Positions 59,701 through 64,000 of a stretch of DNA of 64,000 nucleotides are shown one piece after another. The stretch's first letter is position 1. Every line of letters begins with the position of its first letter. The DNA comes from Centroscyllium fabricii (Eukaryota). The stretch lies in assembly GCA_051313645.2 (NCBI GenBank), contig JBNRSN020000470.1:186001-250000 (forward strand), written 5' to 3'. The notes beneath the pieces are model-generated. The model was given only the letters and a program-made list of their open reading frames with translations. It did not search any database and was not told the origin of the DNA. The position numbers were made by a program, and so were the translations under genes.

Positions 59701-62700
59701 CCCGCAGTACTGGGGGAGATGATACCTGCCGTACTGGGGGAGATAATACCCGCAGTACTGGGGGTGATAATACCTGCCGTACTGGGGTGATAATACCCGC
59801 CGTACTGGGGGAGGTAATACTCGCCGTACTCGGGGAGATAATACCTGCCGTACTGGGGGAGGTAATACCCGCTGTACTGGGGGAGATAATACCTGCCGTC
59901 CTGGGGGAGATAATACCCGCCGTACAGGGGGAGATAATACCCGCCGTACTGGGGGAGATAATACCCGCCGTACAGGGGGAGATAATATCCGCCGTACAGG
60001 GGGAGATAATACCCGCCGTACTTGGGGAGATAGTACCCGCCGTACTGGGGGAGATAATACTCGCCGTACTGGGTGAGATAATACCCGCCGTACTGGGGGA
60101 GATAATACCCGCCGTACTGGGGGAGATAATACCTGCCGTACTGGGGGAGATAATACCTGCCGTACTGGAGGCGATAATACCCGCCGTATTGGAGGAGATA
60201 ATACCCGCCGTACTGTGGGAGATAATACCCGCCGTACCGGAGGAGATAATACCCGCCGTACCGGAGGAGATAATACCTGCCGTACTGGAGGAGCTAATAC
60301 CTGCCGTACTGGAGGAGCTAATACCTGCCGTACTGGGGGAGATAATACTTGCCGTACTGGGGGAGATAATACCCGCCGTACTGGGGGAGATAATACCCGC
60401 CGTACTGGGGGAGATAATACACGCCGTACTGGGGGAGATAATACCCGCCGTACTGGGGGAGATAGTACCCGCCGTACTGGGGGAGATAATACCCGCCGTA
60501 CTGGAGGAGATAATACCCGCCGTACTGGGGGAGATAATACCCGCCAAGTGGGGTGATAATACCTGCAGTATTGGGGGTGATGATACCCGCCGTGCTGGGG
60601 GTGATAATACCCGCCGTACTTGGGGAGATAATACCCGCCGTACTGGGGGAGATAATACCCGCCGTTCTGGGGGAGGTAATACCCGCCGTACTGGAGGAGA
60701 TAATACCCAACGTATTGGGAGTGATGATACCCGCCGTACTGGAGGAGATAATACCTGCCGTACTGCGAGTGATAATACCCGCCGTACTGGGGGAGATGAT
60801 ACCTGCCCTACTGGGAATAATAATATTCGCCGTTCTGGGGGAGATAATACCCGCCGTACTGGGGGTGATAATACTCGCCGTACTGAGGGAGATAATACCT
60901 GCTGTACTGGGGGTGATAATACCCACCGTACTCGGGGAGATAATACCCGCCGTACTGGAGGAGATAATACCCTCCGTCCTGGGGGAGATAATACCCGCCG
61001 TACTGGAGGAGATAATACCCGCCGTACTGGGGGAGATAATACCTGCCGTACTGGGGGAGATAACACCCGCCGCACTGGTTGTGATAATACCTGCTGTACT
61101 GGGGGTGATAATACCCGCCGTACTGGGGTGATAATACCTGCCGTACTGGGGGAGATAATACCTGCCATAGTGGGGGTGATGATACCCGCTGTACTGGGGG
61201 AGATTATACCTGCCGTACTGGAGGGGATAATACCCGCCGTACTGGAGGAGATAATACCCGTCGTACTAGGGGAGATAATACCTGCCGTACTGGGGGAGAT
61301 AATACCCGCCGTACTGGGGGTGATAATACCCGCCGTGCTGGGGGAGATAATACCCGCCGTACTGGGGGTGATAACACCTGATGCAGTGGGGGTGATCATA
61401 CCTGCCATACTGGGGGTGATAATACCGCCGTACTGGGGGAGATAATACCCGCCGTAGTGGGGGTGATAATACCCGCCGTACTGGGGGAGATAATACCCGC
61501 CGTATTGGGGGAGATAATACCCGCCGTATTGGGGGAGATAATACCCGCCGTATTGGGGGAGATAATACCCGCCGTATTGGGGGAGATAATACCCGCCGTA
61601 TTGGGGGAGATAATACCCGCCGTATTGGGGGAGATAATACCCGCCGTATTGGGGGAGATAATACCCGCCGTATTGGGGGAGATAATACCCGCCGTATTGG
61701 GGGAGATAATACCCGCCGTATTGTTGGAGATAATACCCGCCGTATTGGGGGATATAATACCCGCCGTATTGGGGGAGATAATACCCGCCGTACTGGGGGT
61801 GATAATACCCAACGTACTGGGAGTGATAATACCCAACGTACAGGGAGTTATAATACCTGCTGTACTGGGGGAGATAATACCTGCCGTACTGGGGGAGATA
61901 ATACCTGCCGTACTGGGGAGATAATACCCGCTGTACTGGGGAGATAATACCCACCGTACTGGGGGAGGTAATACCCGCCGTACTGGGGGAGATAATACCT
62001 GCCGTACTGCGAGTGATAATACCTGCCGTACTGGGAATGGGAATACCTGCCGTACTGGGGAGATAATACCCGCCGTACTGGGGGAGATAATACCTGCCGT
62101 ACTGGGGGAGATAATACCCGCCGTACTGTGGGAGATAATACCCGCCGTACTGGAGGAGATAATACCCGCCGTACTGGGAGTGATAATACCTGCTGTACTG
62201 GAGGAGATAATACCCGCTGTACTGGGGATGATAATACCCGCTGTACTGGGGGAGATAATACCCGCCGTACTGGGGGAGATAATACCCGCCGTACTGGGGG
62301 AGATAATACCCGCCGTACTGGGGGAGATAATACCCGCCGTACTGGGGGAGATAATACCCGCCGTACTGGGGGAGATAATACCCGCCGTACTGGGGGAGAT
62401 AATACCTGCCGTACTGGAGGCGATAATACCCGTCGTACTGGAGGAGATAATACCCGCCGTACTGGGAGTGATAATACCTGCTGTACTGGAGGAGATAATA
62501 CCCGCCGTTCTGGGGATGATAATACCCGCCGTACTGGGGGAGATAATACCCGCCGTACTGGGGGAGATAATACCCGCCGTACTGGGGGAGATAATACCTG
62601 CCGTACTGGGGGAGATAATACCCGCCGTACTTGGGGAGATAATACCCGCCGTACTGGGGGAGATAATACCCGCCGTTCTGGGGGAGGTAATACCCGCCGT

Positions 62701-64000
62701 ACTGGAGGAGATAATACCCAACGTATTGGGAGTGATGATACCCGCCGTACTGGAGGAGATAATACCTGCCCTACTGGGAATAATAATATTCGCCGTTCTG
62801 GGGGAGATAATACCCGCCGTACTGGGGGTGATAATACTCGCCGTACTGAGGGAGATAATACCCACCGTACTCGGGGAGATAATACCCGCCGTACTGGAGG
62901 AGATAATACCCGCCGTACTGGGGCGTCATAATAACAGCCGTACTGGGGGTGATAATACCTGCCGTACTGGTTGAGATAATACCTGCTGGACTGGGGGTGA
63001 TAATACTCGCCGTACTGAGGGAGATAATACCCACCGTACTCGGGGAGATAATACCCGCCGTACTGGAGGAGTTAATACCCGCCGTACTGGGGCGTCATAA
63101 TACCAGCCGTACTGGGGATGATAATATCTGCCGTACTGGGAATGGTAATACCTGCCGTACTGGGGGGAATAATACCGGACATACTGTGGGCGATAATTGC
63201 TGCTGTACTCGGGGAGATAATACCTGCCGTACTGGAGGAGATAATACCCGCTGCAGTGGGGGAGATAATACCCGCCGTACTGGGGGAGATAATACCTGCC
63301 GTACTGGAGGAGATAATACCCTCCGTCCTGGGGGAGATAATACCCGCCGTACTGGAGGAGATAATACCCGCCGTACTGGAGGAGATAATACCCGCCGTAC
63401 TGGAGGAGATAATACCCGCCGTACTGGGGGAGATAATACCTGCCGTACTGGGGGAGATAACACCCGCCGCACTGGTTGTGATAATACCCGCCGTACTAGG
63501 GGAGATAATACCTGCCATACTGGGGGTGATAATACCGCCGTACTGGGGGAGATAATACCCGCCGTAGTGGGGGTGATAATACCCGCCGTACTGGGGGAGA
63601 TAATACCTGCCGTATTGGGGGAGATAATACCCGCCGTATTGGGGGAGATAATACCCGCCGTATTGGGGGAGATAATACCCGCCGTATTGGGGGAGATAAT
63701 ACCCGCCGTATTGGGGGAGATAATACCCGCCGTATTGGGGGAGATAATACCCGCTGTATTGGGGGAGATAATACCCGCCGTACTGGGGGAGATAATACCC
63801 GCCGTACTGGGGGAGATAATACCCGCCGTACTGGGGGAGATAATACCCGCCGTACTGGGGGAGATAATACCCGCCGTACTGGGGGAGATAATACCCGCCG
63901 TACTGGGGGAGATAATACCCGCCGTACTGGAGGAGATAATACCTGCCAAGTGGGGTGATAATACCTGCCGTATTGGGGGAGATAATACCCGCCGTATTGG
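44713..64000. repeat. 24-bp satellite array, right block (about 800 monomers), most diverged, with irregular 1.6-3.5 kb HOR-like duplications
   Basis: Same monomer with many more variant types. The marker GCGTGAGATACTACCCGCCAAGGGGGG occurs near 53127, 54781, 57344 and 59570 (spacing 1654, 2563, 2226). Blocks ~46450-47860 and ~49900-51365 share variant order. The array continues beyond the right edge. Confidence 0.99.

Noticed and set aside
190-63949. Hundreds of long repetitive ORFs on both strands as protein-coding genes
   Set aside because: They are translations of an 8-codon monomer that lacks stops in five frames. They overlap on both strands, switch peptide at single-base indels, and have no unique N- or C-terminal domains.
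1-64000. CRISPR array (24-bp partly palindromic repeat)
   Set aside because: The repeats are directly adjacent with no unique spacers, there are no cas genes, and the embedded LINE indicates a eukaryotic genome.
1-64000. CENP-B box or telomeric repeat in the monomer
   Set aside because: Only the CGGG/CCCG half is present and the TTCG half at the required spacing is absent. There are no TTAGGG arrays.

Overview
Eukaryotic, probably vertebrate/fish, satellite DNA. About 96% of the window is one head-to-tail array of a 24-bp monomer (consensus ATACCCGCCGTACTGGGGGAGATA, roughly 2,500 copies) that runs off both ends of the window. Monomer variants are ordered into kilobase-scale higher-order repeats (HORs). 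These are regular on the left (2.4-3.6 kb units with a ~5.7 kb super-period) and become more mosaic and diverged to the right. The only non-satellite DNA is two ~1.28 kb copies of one 5'-truncated non-LTR retrotransposon (Rex1/Babar-like RT, 3' stem-loop, AATAAA, (TTGAA)n tail) at 40204-41489 and 43433-44712. The copies share junctions, a frameshift and flanking monomer variants, so they are best read as one insertion later duplicated with the array. The hundreds of ORFs in the track result from an 8-codon monomer that is open in five of six frames. I see no intact gene, RNA gene or CRISPR array, and no convincing new biological system. The interest lies in array evolution and a few motif-level observations.
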